This document shows positions 37,027-46,317 of a stretch of 46,451 nucleotides of DNA, in pieces. The DNA is from Promethearchaeota archaeon (GTDB lineage Archaea > Asgardarchaeota > Lokiarchaeia > Sigyniarchaeales > SOKP01). Made by a program: the position numbers and the translations under genes. The first letter of the stretch is position 1. Each line of letters opens with the position of its first letter. Where the stretch lies: the NCBI GenBank assembly GCA_016839745.1, contig JAEOTS010000107.1, forward strand, positions 1 to 46,451. The letters are read 5' to 3'. The notes under the pieces were generated by a model. That model was not told the DNA's origin, made no database searches, and saw only the letters and a list, made by a program, of their open reading frames with translations.

Positions 37027-38847
37027 ATGTATTCAGAACTCTCAGATGATGATAAGGAAATGTATCTGGATGTATTACGCGAAGCACCGATTTTACCCTT
37101 TTCTAATTTCGTGAGTAGAGGTGATATACCCGATAAAATTGATATTGCACGACCGAGAAGTTATATTGACAGAGAAGTTTATAGATTGGTACGTCAAACT
37201 TATAGAGATAGATCGTCTCGATTAATACCCATCCTAGGGTCAGCTGGAACTGGAAAGACTCATGCTTATCATTCCTTTAAAGATAAGGAGCGAGAAAATA
37301 GAAAGAAATTGGAAGAAACCGCTGAAGCAGAAGAGATCGATACTAGTCAGTTAGAACCTACAGATTGGACAATTATTTATATCCCAAGCCCCCCTGCTTC
37401 TATTAGAGTATTGTTACATGTCTATACATGTATAATAGAAGATGTGGGTCCAGAAATCCTCGATATTGTTTCAGAAAAATTAGTAAGAGAAAAATGGGGA
37501 GGAAAAAAGGGCGGTTTGTTTCAGAAACCTAAAATTGAAGAAGTAATTCAGAAAGGCATACGGGAATTTCCAGGTGTTTTCGCAGACTGCGTAAAAGCGT
37601 TGGTTACTTACCAATTAGATAAAAACAAAAAAGCTTTAGCAGAAAGATGGTTATTAGGCGAAGACCTTCAACCAGAAGAACTAAGTGAGCTTGGGATAAA
37701 CTCAGTAGTTGAGGAAGACGATGTTTGCTTAGCTATGATTAAAATAATAACTGAAAACTTAGATCGCGTACTGATACTTTATTTTGATGAGTTAGAGTCT
37801 CCATATAGAATGCTCGGTGAGGCCGCAGAAAGAAAGTTCCTCGAAATATTGAAAAGGTTATATAACGAAGTCAAAGGTTTAGTCATTATTATAGCTGTTT
37901 TGAAAGAAATCTGGCCACGGATTTTAGAAATCGCTGATCCACCATTAAGGTCAAGGATGGAACCTGAGGAAGATTTAAAACCCTTTAGTTTAAATGACTT
38001 AAAAATCTTTTTTAGCAAATCAATGGAAGCCTTTTGGGAAGATAACAACTTAAATCCTCCATTGTATCCGTTGTTTCCCTTAAACGAAAAATTAATTGAG
38101 ATAATTTACGAAAAAACGCAAGGCAATCCAAGAAATTCCATTAAACTTTGTAGAAGATTCATTGATAAAGTTGTTACAGAGGAAATGAGCGTGGAAGATT
38201 TGTTAAAGGCGAGTGCAGATATAGTAGCAACCGCAAAACCTCCCAGAAGAGAAACAGAGGAAGAAGTTGTTGATTTTTCGAAACCTAGAGAAGTTATTAA
38301 AAAGACAATTGAAGAGATATTAGCGGAGGAAGAATACGTTATAGAAGTGAACCCTTCTTCAGTAGCGGGAGCAACTTTAAAAAGCATTATAAAAGTAGGA
38401 GAAGAAAAGAAGAAGAAATTCAAGACTCAAATGGAGTATAAATTCAGGATGGGAAAGAGGAGCCAGACCTTAGCTGCTTTGGTTGAATTTGAAGGTAATA
38501 AATGGGGTTTAGAGATTCCTTCGATCAAAACTTTCGATAGAAGTGCTGGTGTTGCAGGGTATTACGCGGCAAAAAGGTTAAAAGATGCAATTGATCAAAA
38601 AGCGATTGATTCAGCAATATTAATAGTTCCAGCGGGTAGTAGTGGTGCTAAATTTGAATTGATTTTGGAAAATAATGCAGGAATTCACAAGGTGGAATTA
38701 AATAACGAAACAGGCGAAAGCTTGATCGCTAATGCGTTAACTTATCCATCGAAAGAAGGTTGGGAAATAGCTAAAATCATTTTTCCAGATATTGGAGGAT
38801 ATACTCCACCACATGTCGATGAATCTTCAGAAGATTCTGAACAATAA
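37027..38847 (+). CDS. AAA+/P-loop ATPase with an uncharacterised C-terminal alpha/beta domain
   Basis: Walker A GSAGTGKT, Walker B LILYFDE, LRSR (Arg-finger-like) and TQGNPR lid motif. Confidence 0.75.
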   Translation: MYSELSDDDKEMYLDVLREAPILPFSNFVSRGDIPDKIDIARPRSYIDREVYRLVRQTYRDRSSRLIPILGSAGTGKTHAYHSFKDKERENRKKLEETAEAEEIDTSQLEPTDWTIIYIPSPPASIRVLLHVYTCIIEDVGPEILDIVSEKLVREKWGGKKGGLFQKPKIEEVIQKGIREFPGVFADCVKALVTYQLDKNKKALAERWLLGEDLQPEELSELGINSVVEEDDVCLAMIKIITENLDRVLILYFDELESPYRMLGEAAERKFLEILKRLYNEVKGLVIIIAVLKEIWPRILEIADPPLRSRMEPEEDLKPFSLNDLKIFFSKSMEAFWEDNNLNPPLYPLFPLNEKLIEIIYEKTQGNPRNSIKLCRRFIDKVVTEEMSVEDLLKASADIVATAKPPRRETEEEVVDFSKPREVIKKTIEEILAEEEYVIEVNPSSVAGATLKSIIKVGEEKKKKFKTQMEYKFRMGKRSQTLAALVEFEGNKWGLEIPSIKTFDRSAGVAGYYAAKRLKDAIDQKAIDSAILIVPAGSSGAKFELILENNAGIHKVELNNETGESLIANALTYPSKEGWEIAKIIFPDIGGYTPPHVDESSEDSEQ

Positions 38848-38851
38848 AAAA

Positions 38852-39775
38852 TTATAGTTTTTGTAAAATTTCCTTAAATTTTTTATCTAAATTGAATAAT
38901 TCTTTAGCTAGTTCATCTGCTCTTTTACTGTTTTTTAGGAATTCAGTTAAAATGGATGTGGTTTCATGTTCCTCAAATGAGTTTGCAATATTTATTAAAG
39001 TATCTAATGGTTTCACTAATTCGTGATAGAGATGCAATTTATTACTCTGTAAAGTTTCAACCCTATTCTCTATTTCTTTAAGATTAATTTCTCGCTCTTT
39101 GATTAATTCTGGAAATTTTCCCACTTGTTCGGCTTTGCTCGTTAAAAACGCGACGATATCCACTTCTTGAATGGTTTCTGCTAATTCAGCAGCTTTTAGA
39201 AAACTTTTTTTTGCCTTTTTATAAAACCCTTCGATTAGTTGTTGTTCAGCAAGTTTAATTTCGTCAGATAACTTTTCAGGAATTTGTTCACCTAAGTCAA
39301 TTAGTTCTCTTGCTTCGGTTAATTTACCATCATCCAGCATTTTTTTAGTTTTATCATTGATAGTTTCTTTAACCATACTTGGTTCCTTCAACTTTTCCAT
39401 TAAAGTGAAAATAGAATCGAATTCTTTCCTCAACAGCTCTTCAAGAGCACCTTTATCTTTCGAGAAATCTTTAACAACTTTAGTGGCGATGTTTTCCAGA
39501 ATACTTTTCAGAGAAACTAAATCTTCATCCTGTTTTAAAACGAATCCTAGAAATAAATTATCTCGTTCAATAGATTTTGAATCCATTTTTGACGAATAAT
39601 ATCTTAAGTCTTCATTCCAAAATATTGTATCAGAAAATTCTTTCTGAATGTGTTTTTCTTCAAAATCCTTTAATGTATCTTTATTTACTTTATTCTCTTG
39701 AGCCAAATAGTATTCCGCTAATACATTTGGTCCAAAGGATTCGTCAATTTCGTAAAGATATATTCCAACTGGCAT
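38852..39775 (-). CDS. Hypothetical protein: longin/uDENN-like N-terminus plus helical (TPR-like) C-terminus
   Basis: N-terminal GIYLYEIDESFGPNVLAEY resembles the hhhxxFDxxxGP start of uDENN/longin domains. The rest is charged helical repeats. Confidence 0.55.
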   Translation of the reverse strand: MPVGIYLYEIDESFGPNVLAEYYLAQENKVNKDTLKDFEEKHIQKEFSDTIFWNEDLRYYSSKMDSKSIERDNLFLGFVLKQDEDLVSLKSILENIATKVVKDFSKDKGALEELLRKEFDSIFTLMEKLKEPSMVKETINDKTKKMLDDGKLTEARELIDLGEQIPEKLSDEIKLAEQQLIEGFYKKAKKSFLKAAELAETIQEVDIVAFLTSKAEQVGKFPELIKEREINLKEIENRVETLQSNKLHLYHELVKPLDTLINIANSFEEHETTSILTEFLKNSKRADELAKELFNLDKKFKEILQKL

Positions 39776-39784
39776 GATACTGAT

Positions 39785-39864
39785 TCTCTATATAATTTTA
39801 CCGATTAAAATTGTTATTAATTACTAGTTAATAAGCGTTTAATTTTATATTTTTATTTGTTCTA
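39785..39864. repeat. 80-bp direct repeat, copy 1 (upstream region of the 38852..39775 gene)
   Basis: 77/80 identical, without gaps, to 41624-41703 by manual alignment. Confidence 0.92.
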
Positions 39865-39910
39865 TTTTTTATATTTTTCTATGTTGCAGCAAATTACTTA
39901 GTTAAAAAAC

Positions 39911-41620
39911 TTAGTCTAAAGGTATGAAATCATCGATTAACGCCAATACTTTTTCCCGTTCAGGTTCTTCGAGTTCAGAATTGATAAGGTCTAGAACACT
40001 TCGAACACTAATCATCTCCCTTAGGTATGACAGCTTTAAATCGCTGAATCCCGAGTCAAGAACAATGATTTTTTCTTTTCCTCTAGTGCTATCCCAGGTA
40101 GGCCAATTAGGTAAGTTTTCTCCATTAGGATTCCCTGTTTTTGCAAAATTGGCTAGATAACTCATGCACAAGTCAGTTAATCTTTCGCGACCAAGAGAGT
40201 TATGTTTTGTATGGAGTTTTCCTATTAACATGGCTATTTGCCCCATTCCCATCCCTAAAAAGAAGGGTATCTCTGCACTGTGGTGAGCACCTAGTTCTTG
40301 CCCCTTATTTCTTGGTAGAACGCTTAATCCATTAATATCAATCCTTCCCCAGTCAAACCGGTATGCGTAGACAGGTACATCACTATTAGAAGTTATTTTA
40401 CTTGCTATGATATCAACACCGTTTGCACGCCATAGTAAGGAATAGTAATCCCAAACTAAATCATATTCCCGTGAATATAACGGGGGATTCTTTCTAAAAT
40501 ACCCAAAGAGCTTCATTTCGTCCTTGGTGCAACCAATAATTAGGGGAACCTTGTTTGCCCACCCTCCAGATGAAAATACGCCGTAGCCTTCTTCTGGTAT
40601 TACGATACCATCAGTGAAGATAGTGTGCCATTCTGCCATTCCAAAGTCTTTAGTAGGGATGTTTTTTGTGATTGTGAACGCTGATTTAGAACGGAAGTAT
40701 TTATTAATTTCATCGTCCGCCATCTTGCTGATAAGTTCTTCCGCTTCTTCTTCATTACTAGCCTTTCCTTCCTTAACAAGGAGAGATACTAAAAGCTTGT
40801 TACTCTGGATTATGGCATCACTAGTACTCCAGATAAGCGAAAGTGCGCTTTCTGAAATAGCACGATGGAAGAGTCCTTTCGCTGCGGGAGACACAAGGAG
40901 TGAAAGTACGTTAAAAGCTCCACCAGATTCACCTGCGATTGTTACATTGTTTGGATCACCACCAAATGCTCTGATGTTTTCATGGACCCACTCCAAGGAC
41001 TTTATCAGATCAAGAGTGCCAAAATTCCCGCTTTGGTCTTCTGAAGAGCCACTTCCTGTCACGGCAGGGTGAATAAACCATCCCATTGCCCCTAGGCGGT
41101 AGTTAACGGAGATGTATAACAAGTTTGATTTTGCAACCACCGCATTACCATAATAATCTTTCGTAGCAGCTGTTCCTATTGAGTTCCCTCCCCCATGGAT
41201 GTACAGGTAAACAGGTAACTCCGTTTCTGAACTTTTAGGACGCCAGATGTTGAGGTAAAGACAGTCTTCAGAGCCAATTGGACCTAGTATGGGCATTACT
41301 TGTGCTGCCGCATTCCCAAATCTTTTTGTTTTGCGTGTTCCGAACCAAGGAACAGGATCGCGCGGTACTTTCCACCGTAGTTTTCCTACTGGGGGAGTTG
41401 CATAGGGAATTCCCTTCCAACACCAGGTATTTTTGTCCAAATAACCAGTTAACAGACCGTATTTTGTTTGGACTGTAGCATTATTATTCCAAACACCAAG
41501 CTCGTAAGTATGGTCTGATTTTTTCGGTGCAAAGTAACGTTTAATAGGCGGAGAAACGGTTCTTTTGAATGAATTAACCAATCTGATAAAAAGACCGAAT
41601 AAATAGAGCAGTTTCATCAT
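39911..41620 (-). CDS. Carboxylesterase type B (alpha/beta hydrolase)
   Basis: GIPYA.PPVG.LRW, SEDCLYLNIW, HGGG, FGGDPNNVTIAGESGG (nucleophile Ser), GAHH and FAKTGNPN motifs. Confidence 0.93.
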   Translation of the reverse strand: MMKLLYLFGLFIRLVNSFKRTVSPPIKRYFAPKKSDHTYELGVWNNNATVQTKYGLLTGYLDKNTWCWKGIPYATPPVGKLRWKVPRDPVPWFGTRKTKRFGNAAAQVMPILGPIGSEDCLYLNIWRPKSSETELPVYLYIHGGGNSIGTAATKDYYGNAVVAKSNLLYISVNYRLGAMGWFIHPAVTGSGSSEDQSGNFGTLDLIKSLEWVHENIRAFGGDPNNVTIAGESGGAFNVLSLLVSPAAKGLFHRAISESALSLIWSTSDAIIQSNKLLVSLLVKEGKASNEEEAEELISKMADDEINKYFRSKSAFTITKNIPTKDFGMAEWHTIFTDGIVIPEEGYGVFSSGGWANKVPLIIGCTKDEMKLFGYFRKNPPLYSREYDLVWDYYSLLWRANGVDIIASKITSNSDVPVYAYRFDWGRIDINGLSVLPRNKGQELGAHHSAEIPFFLGMGMGQIAMLIGKLHTKHNSLGRERLTDLCMSYLANFAKTGNPNGENLPNWPTWDSTRGKEKIIVLDSGFSDLKLSYLREMISVRSVLDLINSELEEPEREKVLALIDDFIPLD

Positions 41621-41623
41621 AAA

Positions 41624-41703
41624 TCTCTATATAATTTTACAGATTAAAATTATTATTAATTACTAGTTAATAAGCGTTTTATTTTATATTTTTATTTGTT
41701 CTA
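41624..41703. repeat. 80-bp direct repeat, copy 2 (upstream region of the esterase; contains BRE/TATA-like AAACGC-TTATTAA on the minus strand)
   Basis: 77/80 identical to 39785-39864. Confidence 0.92.
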
Positions 41704-41757
41704 AATAATTCATCTATTAACATAGCGTTATTAAATTACAGAAAAGAAGCGTGAAAA

Positions 41758-42681
41758 ATGGAAATAGTGGATACATATTGCGAAGTGTTTGAAGGATTAG
41801 TAGTTCAATTAATGGTTACTGCTCAAGATGCGAAATTCTTAACTCGAGCTGTAAACGCATTTACTGCCCTTCCTTCAACTGTTTTCGGCGATGCAGAGGG
41901 AGGTATTGTTCGGTGGCTTTCTGAAAAAGAAACGATTGATGGAAGGCTCGGGGCAATCGTTCAACTGTGGGTAACTGGAACTGGTAAGAAAGCTATAGCT
42001 AAGTTTTACGAACAACTTGGTAGAAGAATGAGACAGGGGATTCTTGTTGTTCCAACGACGGCAGTTTATAATTATTTCCCTGGATCAACTGAGCTTATGT
42101 TCAATATGATGGATAATGTAGGTCATTGTGGAGACGGATACGAATGGATTGTTGAAAAATTTAAACGAAAACTAATAAATATCCCAATCATGATGGGATA
42201 CGATTTTCTAATTGAAGAAAATATTTCATACGCTAAAGGCGTTATGGGAGGAAACTTATGGTTATTTTGCGACTCAGTTGATTCTGGAATTAAGGTCGGA
42301 AGAGAAACTGTTAAGATTTTGGCTGAGATCGATAATGTCTGCACAACTTTTGATGTATGCTCAGCAGGTTCAAAACCTGTTCCCCCAGATGCTAAATATC
42401 CTGAAATAGGTCCTTCAACTAATCACCCTTATTGTCCTACACTCAAAGATAAGTTATCTCCCAGCGAATTTCAAGTTCCGACGGGAGTGAAATCAATTCC
42501 GGAAATTGTGTTTAATGGTATCAAGCTTGAGGATGTGAAAGTGGCAATGCAAAAAACTATAGAAGGTATAACTGATATGGATGGATTGCTTAAAATTTCC
42601 GCGGGGAACTACGGAGGTAAACTGGGTAAGTATAAAATTTGGTTACGGGAATTAGGTTTAAAAGAAAGTTATTTTAGTTAG
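41758..42681 (+). CDS. ftr: Formylmethanofuran--tetrahydromethanopterin N-formyltransferase
   Basis: IVDTYCEVF, AEGGI, ETIDGR.G, PTTAVYN, GDGYE, GGN, SAGSK, STNHPYCPTL, EIVFNG and ISAGNYGGKLG motifs. Confidence 0.93.
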   Translation: MEIVDTYCEVFEGLVVQLMVTAQDAKFLTRAVNAFTALPSTVFGDAEGGIVRWLSEKETIDGRLGAIVQLWVTGTGKKAIAKFYEQLGRRMRQGILVVPTTAVYNYFPGSTELMFNMMDNVGHCGDGYEWIVEKFKRKLINIPIMMGYDFLIEENISYAKGVMGGNLWLFCDSVDSGIKVGRETVKILAEIDNVCTTFDVCSAGSKPVPPDAKYPEIGPSTNHPYCPTLKDKLSPSEFQVPTGVKSIPEIVFNGIKLEDVKVAMQKTIEGITDMDGLLKISAGNYGGKLGKYKIWLRELGLKESYFS

Positions 42682-42683
42682 AA

Positions 42684-43370
42684 TCAGCTTATTTTTTTAT
42701 AGGTTAATGTTTTATCTTTTACAGGTTCCATCTCTCCAGTTTTAATATATTTATAAAACTTTGGATACTTTTCATAAAACACTTTTTCGATAACATCAAG
42801 GGGTAAATCTGCATGTATTCCTCGATCTTGGAGATATTCTCCAAATTTTCTACCCTCATTATCGTAAAAAGGAAATACGGCATGGTTCTCGCCGTCAAAT
42901 TCAACCATAGGGATAAACCCTCCTTTTATTGCGGTTTCTTGGTCAAATGAGGGTGTTAATTTTACCCATTTATCATTAAGGTAAAGTTCGCTATACCCAT
43001 GATAATACATCACATTAGTTTCCATAAAATCTATGATTTTTTGAGATATTTTATGATTTATCAAGTCTACTAAATGAATCCGTGCGGGGATTCCAACGAC
43101 TCGAGCAAAAGAAGATAACAAAACAGATTTAGAGACACAGAAACCGTTCTTTCGTCTTAAAGTTACGCTTGCTTTAAAATTTGCTTTGATGGATGGAATG
43201 TATGTGTGCATATTATATTTAATTTGATCCCTTACCCAATAAAAAAGTGCTATTGCTTTTTCCTTTTCAGTTTCTAAACCTTTAGTAATCTCAAAGGCTT
43301 TCTCCCGGACAAATTTTTTATTAAAATCGAAAAATTCAGTTGGTTGTAGATAATTATCAAAATTCCCCAT
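42684..43370 (-). CDS. Transglutaminase-like protein
   Basis: YLQPTEFFDF, LFYWVRDQI.Y, GFCVSKS (Cys), GIPARI, HGY and WVKLTPSF motifs. Confidence 0.85.
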   Translation of the reverse strand: MGNFDNYLQPTEFFDFNKKFVREKAFEITKGLETEKEKAIALFYWVRDQIKYNMHTYIPSIKANFKASVTLRRKNGFCVSKSVLLSSFARVVGIPARIHLVDLINHKISQKIIDFMETNVMYYHGYSELYLNDKWVKLTPSFDQETAIKGGFIPMVEFDGENHAVFPFYDNEGRKFGEYLQDRGIHADLPLDVIEKVFYEKYPKFYKYIKTGEMEPVKDKTLTYKKIS

Positions 43371-43547
43371 AATTATGAAAAAAATTAGTTCTTTTTGAAT
43401 ATTATGAAATTAGGTCGAAATTTACAAAACATTCTAAATCTTTAAATATATTGAATGCTAACCTTAATTCTGATTTTACCCTAAAAAAAAACTTCTCCTT
43501 GCCTTTTTCAGATTTATCTTAGATTCTTTAGAATTTATCGGGAAAAA

Positions 43548-44759
43548 TCATTCTATTTCAAGTATTTCAGTTATGTCTTTCCCATCTCTAAAAATGTCAT
43601 TAGCTTTATCCATCATATCTGGAATTTCAATTTGTTGTGGACATTTTTCTAAACATTCTCCACATTGGGTGCAAAGGGTAGCAGCACCTTCAACCTCTTC
43701 TCCTCCTTCTCGTCGTCTATTTAGGGCCTCAGGGGTTTTAGCCATTTGATTGTATTCCATCCGAGCTCTATCTCCCCAATATGCGATTTCATTGAGTACT
43801 CCTAATACATTAGGGATTGAAACTCCGTTCGGACATGGTATACAATAACCACATCTGGTGCATGGAACTACTACATATTTATTATAAGCCTCCCTTAAAT
43901 CTGCGATAGTTTTTAATTCCGGATCAGTTAAAGTGTTGATTCCCGAATTATTGGCAGATTCGACATTTTCCACAACTTGTTGCATAGTGCTCATGCCGCT
44001 TAAAACGACAGAAACATGTTTTTGGTTCCATAAAAACTGGAGTGCCCAATCAGCCATAGACCTCTGAATGCTGGAATTATTCAATACATTTTTTATTAAT
44101 GGTTTTGATTCTAAATCGTCGTTAGGAATTGCTAATTTTCCTCCTCGAATGGGTTCCATAATGATAACAGCAATATCCTTTTCCCCAGCGTAGTGTAATC
44201 CTTTTAAACCTGCTTGATGTTTTATATCTAAATAATTCAACTGTATTTGACAGCAGTCCCATTGGTATGAATCAATGATTTCTTTGAAGACATCGAAATT
44301 GTCGTGAAACGAGAAACCAATATATTTAAAAAGTCCATTATCTCTCGCATTTTCCATGTTTTTAATTAAATTCAATTCTTGTACTTTCTTAAATCGCTGT
44401 TTATTAAGTCCATGAAATAAATATATATCTGGATTGGTTTGTAATCTATCTAATTGCCTTTTAAAATAACGTTCAAAGTGATTCTGTCTCCTAATTAACC
44501 AAATTGGTAATTTCGTGGTTAAATGAACTTTCTCACGATACCCATATTGTAATGCTTTTCCTATGATCACCTCACTTCGACCTCCATGATAAGGATAAGC
44601 TGTATCAATGTAATTTACACCATGATCTATCGCATAACGAATCATTTGAATTGCTTCCTCTTCTATTATTTTAAAGTTTTGATCAAGAGGTAGGCGCATT
44701 GCGCCAAAACCCAAAGCAGAGGCATCCCATCCCAATGAACCCATTTTTCGATACTTCAT
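43548..44759 (-). CDS. Aldo/keto reductase with C-terminal 4Fe-4S dicluster
   Basis: LGFGAMRLP, GVNYIDTAYPY, IGFSFH, IMEPIRGG, CTRCGYCIPCP and CTQCGECLEKCPQ motifs. Confidence 0.92.
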   Translation of the reverse strand: MKYRKMGSLGWDASALGFGAMRLPLDQNFKIIEEEAIQMIRYAIDHGVNYIDTAYPYHGGRSEVIIGKALQYGYREKVHLTTKLPIWLIRRQNHFERYFKRQLDRLQTNPDIYLFHGLNKQRFKKVQELNLIKNMENARDNGLFKYIGFSFHDNFDVFKEIIDSYQWDCCQIQLNYLDIKHQAGLKGLHYAGEKDIAVIIMEPIRGGKLAIPNDDLESKPLIKNVLNNSSIQRSMADWALQFLWNQKHVSVVLSGMSTMQQVVENVESANNSGINTLTDPELKTIADLREAYNKYVVVPCTRCGYCIPCPNGVSIPNVLGVLNEIAYWGDRARMEYNQMAKTPEALNRRREGGEEVEGAATLCTQCGECLEKCPQQIEIPDMMDKANDIFRDGKDITEILEIE

Positions 44760-44837
44760 CTCAAAGAATAAACCTTTTCATTACTAAATCTAATTAATAA
44801 CAAGTAATATGATATCCATTAATAAAAAGATATTGTT

Positions 44838-45056
44838 AAAAAAAAAGAGTTAGTTTTCATGAAAATCAGACTCTGATTTTACCTTTCCATTCCAGTTTCA
44901 TATGAAATTAGATCAAAATTTTAAAAGATTCGAACCTTTTAAAACAGAGTTGAAGACGAATAAGGTAAAAGACAATTCATATTTGCTTTGAAATGTTCGA
45001 AGTTAAATGTACCTTTAACTTCGGTACATTCCAGTTGAACGGAGCCGGTCTTCTAT
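44838..45056 (-). ncRNA. Candidate structured non-coding RNA or regulatory element (unassigned; strand tentative)
   Basis: Several perfect 8-10 bp inverted repeats, alternative pairings, a GGUUCGAAUC T-loop-like motif and a terminal U9 run on the minus strand. No family recognised. Confidence 0.35.
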
Positions 45057-45080
45057 AAAAAGAAAATTGAAAAGGAGAAT

Positions 45081-46313
45081 TTAGATTTTACTCGAAATTA
45101 AATCAATTATATCTATGACGGTAATTTTTTCTTGATCTTCTGATTCCATCTCTTTATATGCCGATTCAAAATTATTTATACAAAATGGACAGCTCGTAGT
45201 TAAAAGTTGTGCTCCCGTATCTATAGCTTCACTAATTCTTTCCTTTGAAATGTCAAGAGCTAAATCGGGAAATTGGCTTTTTACACCTCCTCCAGCTCCA
45301 CAACACCAAGCATTATTCCGATTTCTTTTCATTTCTTTGAATTCTAAACCCGGAATTTTAAGTATAGCTTCTCTAGGTATCTCGTAAAGATTCATGTGTC
45401 TTCCTAAATGACACGGATCGTGCCATGTTATTGTTTCTGAACCTTCAACAGTTTTAAACGGTATCTCATTATTATTCAGCATTTCAGCTAATATTTCTGT
45501 TATATGTTTTACTTCAAACGGCAATTCTTCCCCTAGCAATTCTGGATAATCTTTTTTCCACGTTCTATAACATCCAGCACACGCTGTAAATATCGTTTTA
45601 GCGCCCATGTTCTTAAAGACATCTATATTGTGTTTAATAATGTCAATAAGTGAGCTCTGATCTCCAATTCGTAAAGCCACAGAACCACAACACCACTCGT
45701 TTTTGGACATGGCAATATCTTTTCCTGCGGCTTTTAGAATTTTCATCATACTTTTTAGGGTATCGACTTGTCTTAATGGCATCGTACACCCTCCAAAAAA
45801 TACTAACTCGCCTTTATCCTTGATTTCAGGAAATTCAGATATCCACTCGAATTTCTTACCTTCTTCTTCACCATAAGGATTTCTCATGGTATCATTATTC
45901 ATAAAGTCTATTAGTTGGCCGTGCCTATCAAGGGGAGCAAAACCAGCTTCGATCAAGTCTTGTCGCAACGCTTCCCATACTTTTACGTGGTCTATCCACT
46001 TAGAAGTGTTAAGGACTATATGTTCGCTCTGAGACATATGACACACTTCGGTGCAATTTCCACATTCCGAGCATTGATATACGAATTCTGCAAGCTCTCT
46101 TGAGAGAGGGATTTGCCCTAGTAATATACTTTTGAGAACATTCATTCGTCCTCGAGAAAAATATATCTCAAAACCTTCGTCACCTTTAGCCTCCTTAACG
46201 GGGCAGGTTAGATATCTATCCACTGCGGGTCGAATGGCGTATCCACAATCGCCACACCCCATACAACTCATTATAGCTTTCCATTCACTTTTTAAATGTT
46301 TTAATTCACTCAT
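45081..46313 (-). CDS. HdrD/GlcF-like Fe-S oxidoreductase (4Fe-4S plus two CCG domains)
   Basis: CMGCGDC...CP, CSECGNCTEVC, FGGC, CCG, ACAGC, HDPCHLGR, CCGAGGG and SCPFC motifs. Confidence 0.9.
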   Translation of the reverse strand: MSELKHLKSEWKAIMSCMGCGDCGYAIRPAVDRYLTCPVKEAKGDEGFEIYFSRGRMNVLKSILLGQIPLSRELAEFVYQCSECGNCTEVCHMSQSEHIVLNTSKWIDHVKVWEALRQDLIEAGFAPLDRHGQLIDFMNNDTMRNPYGEEEGKKFEWISEFPEIKDKGELVFFGGCTMPLRQVDTLKSMMKILKAAGKDIAMSKNEWCCGSVALRIGDQSSLIDIIKHNIDVFKNMGAKTIFTACAGCYRTWKKDYPELLGEELPFEVKHITEILAEMLNNNEIPFKTVEGSETITWHDPCHLGRHMNLYEIPREAILKIPGLEFKEMKRNRNNAWCCGAGGGVKSQFPDLALDISKERISEAIDTGAQLLTTSCPFCINNFESAYKEMESEDQEKITVIDIIDLISSKI

Positions 46314-46317
46314 ATTT

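Noticed and set aside
34326-41703. Integrated element at tRNA-His, or a CRISPR array
   Set aside because: No duplicated tRNA 3' end, integrase, transposase or repeat-spacer array was seen.
34553-42681. Methanogenesis inferred from marker 9, ftr and FrhB
   Set aside because: No mcr or mtr genes in the window; ftr also serves the archaeal Wood-Ljungdahl pathway.
42684-43370. Transglutaminase triad Asp replaced by Thr (WVKLTP) as a novelty
   Set aside because: As I recall, a WVKxTPxF motif is usual in this prokaryotic subfamily.
3880-43550. Other TGA stops (3882, 17562, 32325, 35005, 42684, 43548) as Sec candidates
   Set aside because: The proteins look complete or show no Cys-type motif continuing after the stop, unlike 31832.
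44870-44905. AUGA-N11-AAA-N16-GA SECIS-like spacing on the minus strand
   Set aside because: Helix II does not pair well, and the Fe-S gene upstream has no in-frame UGA.
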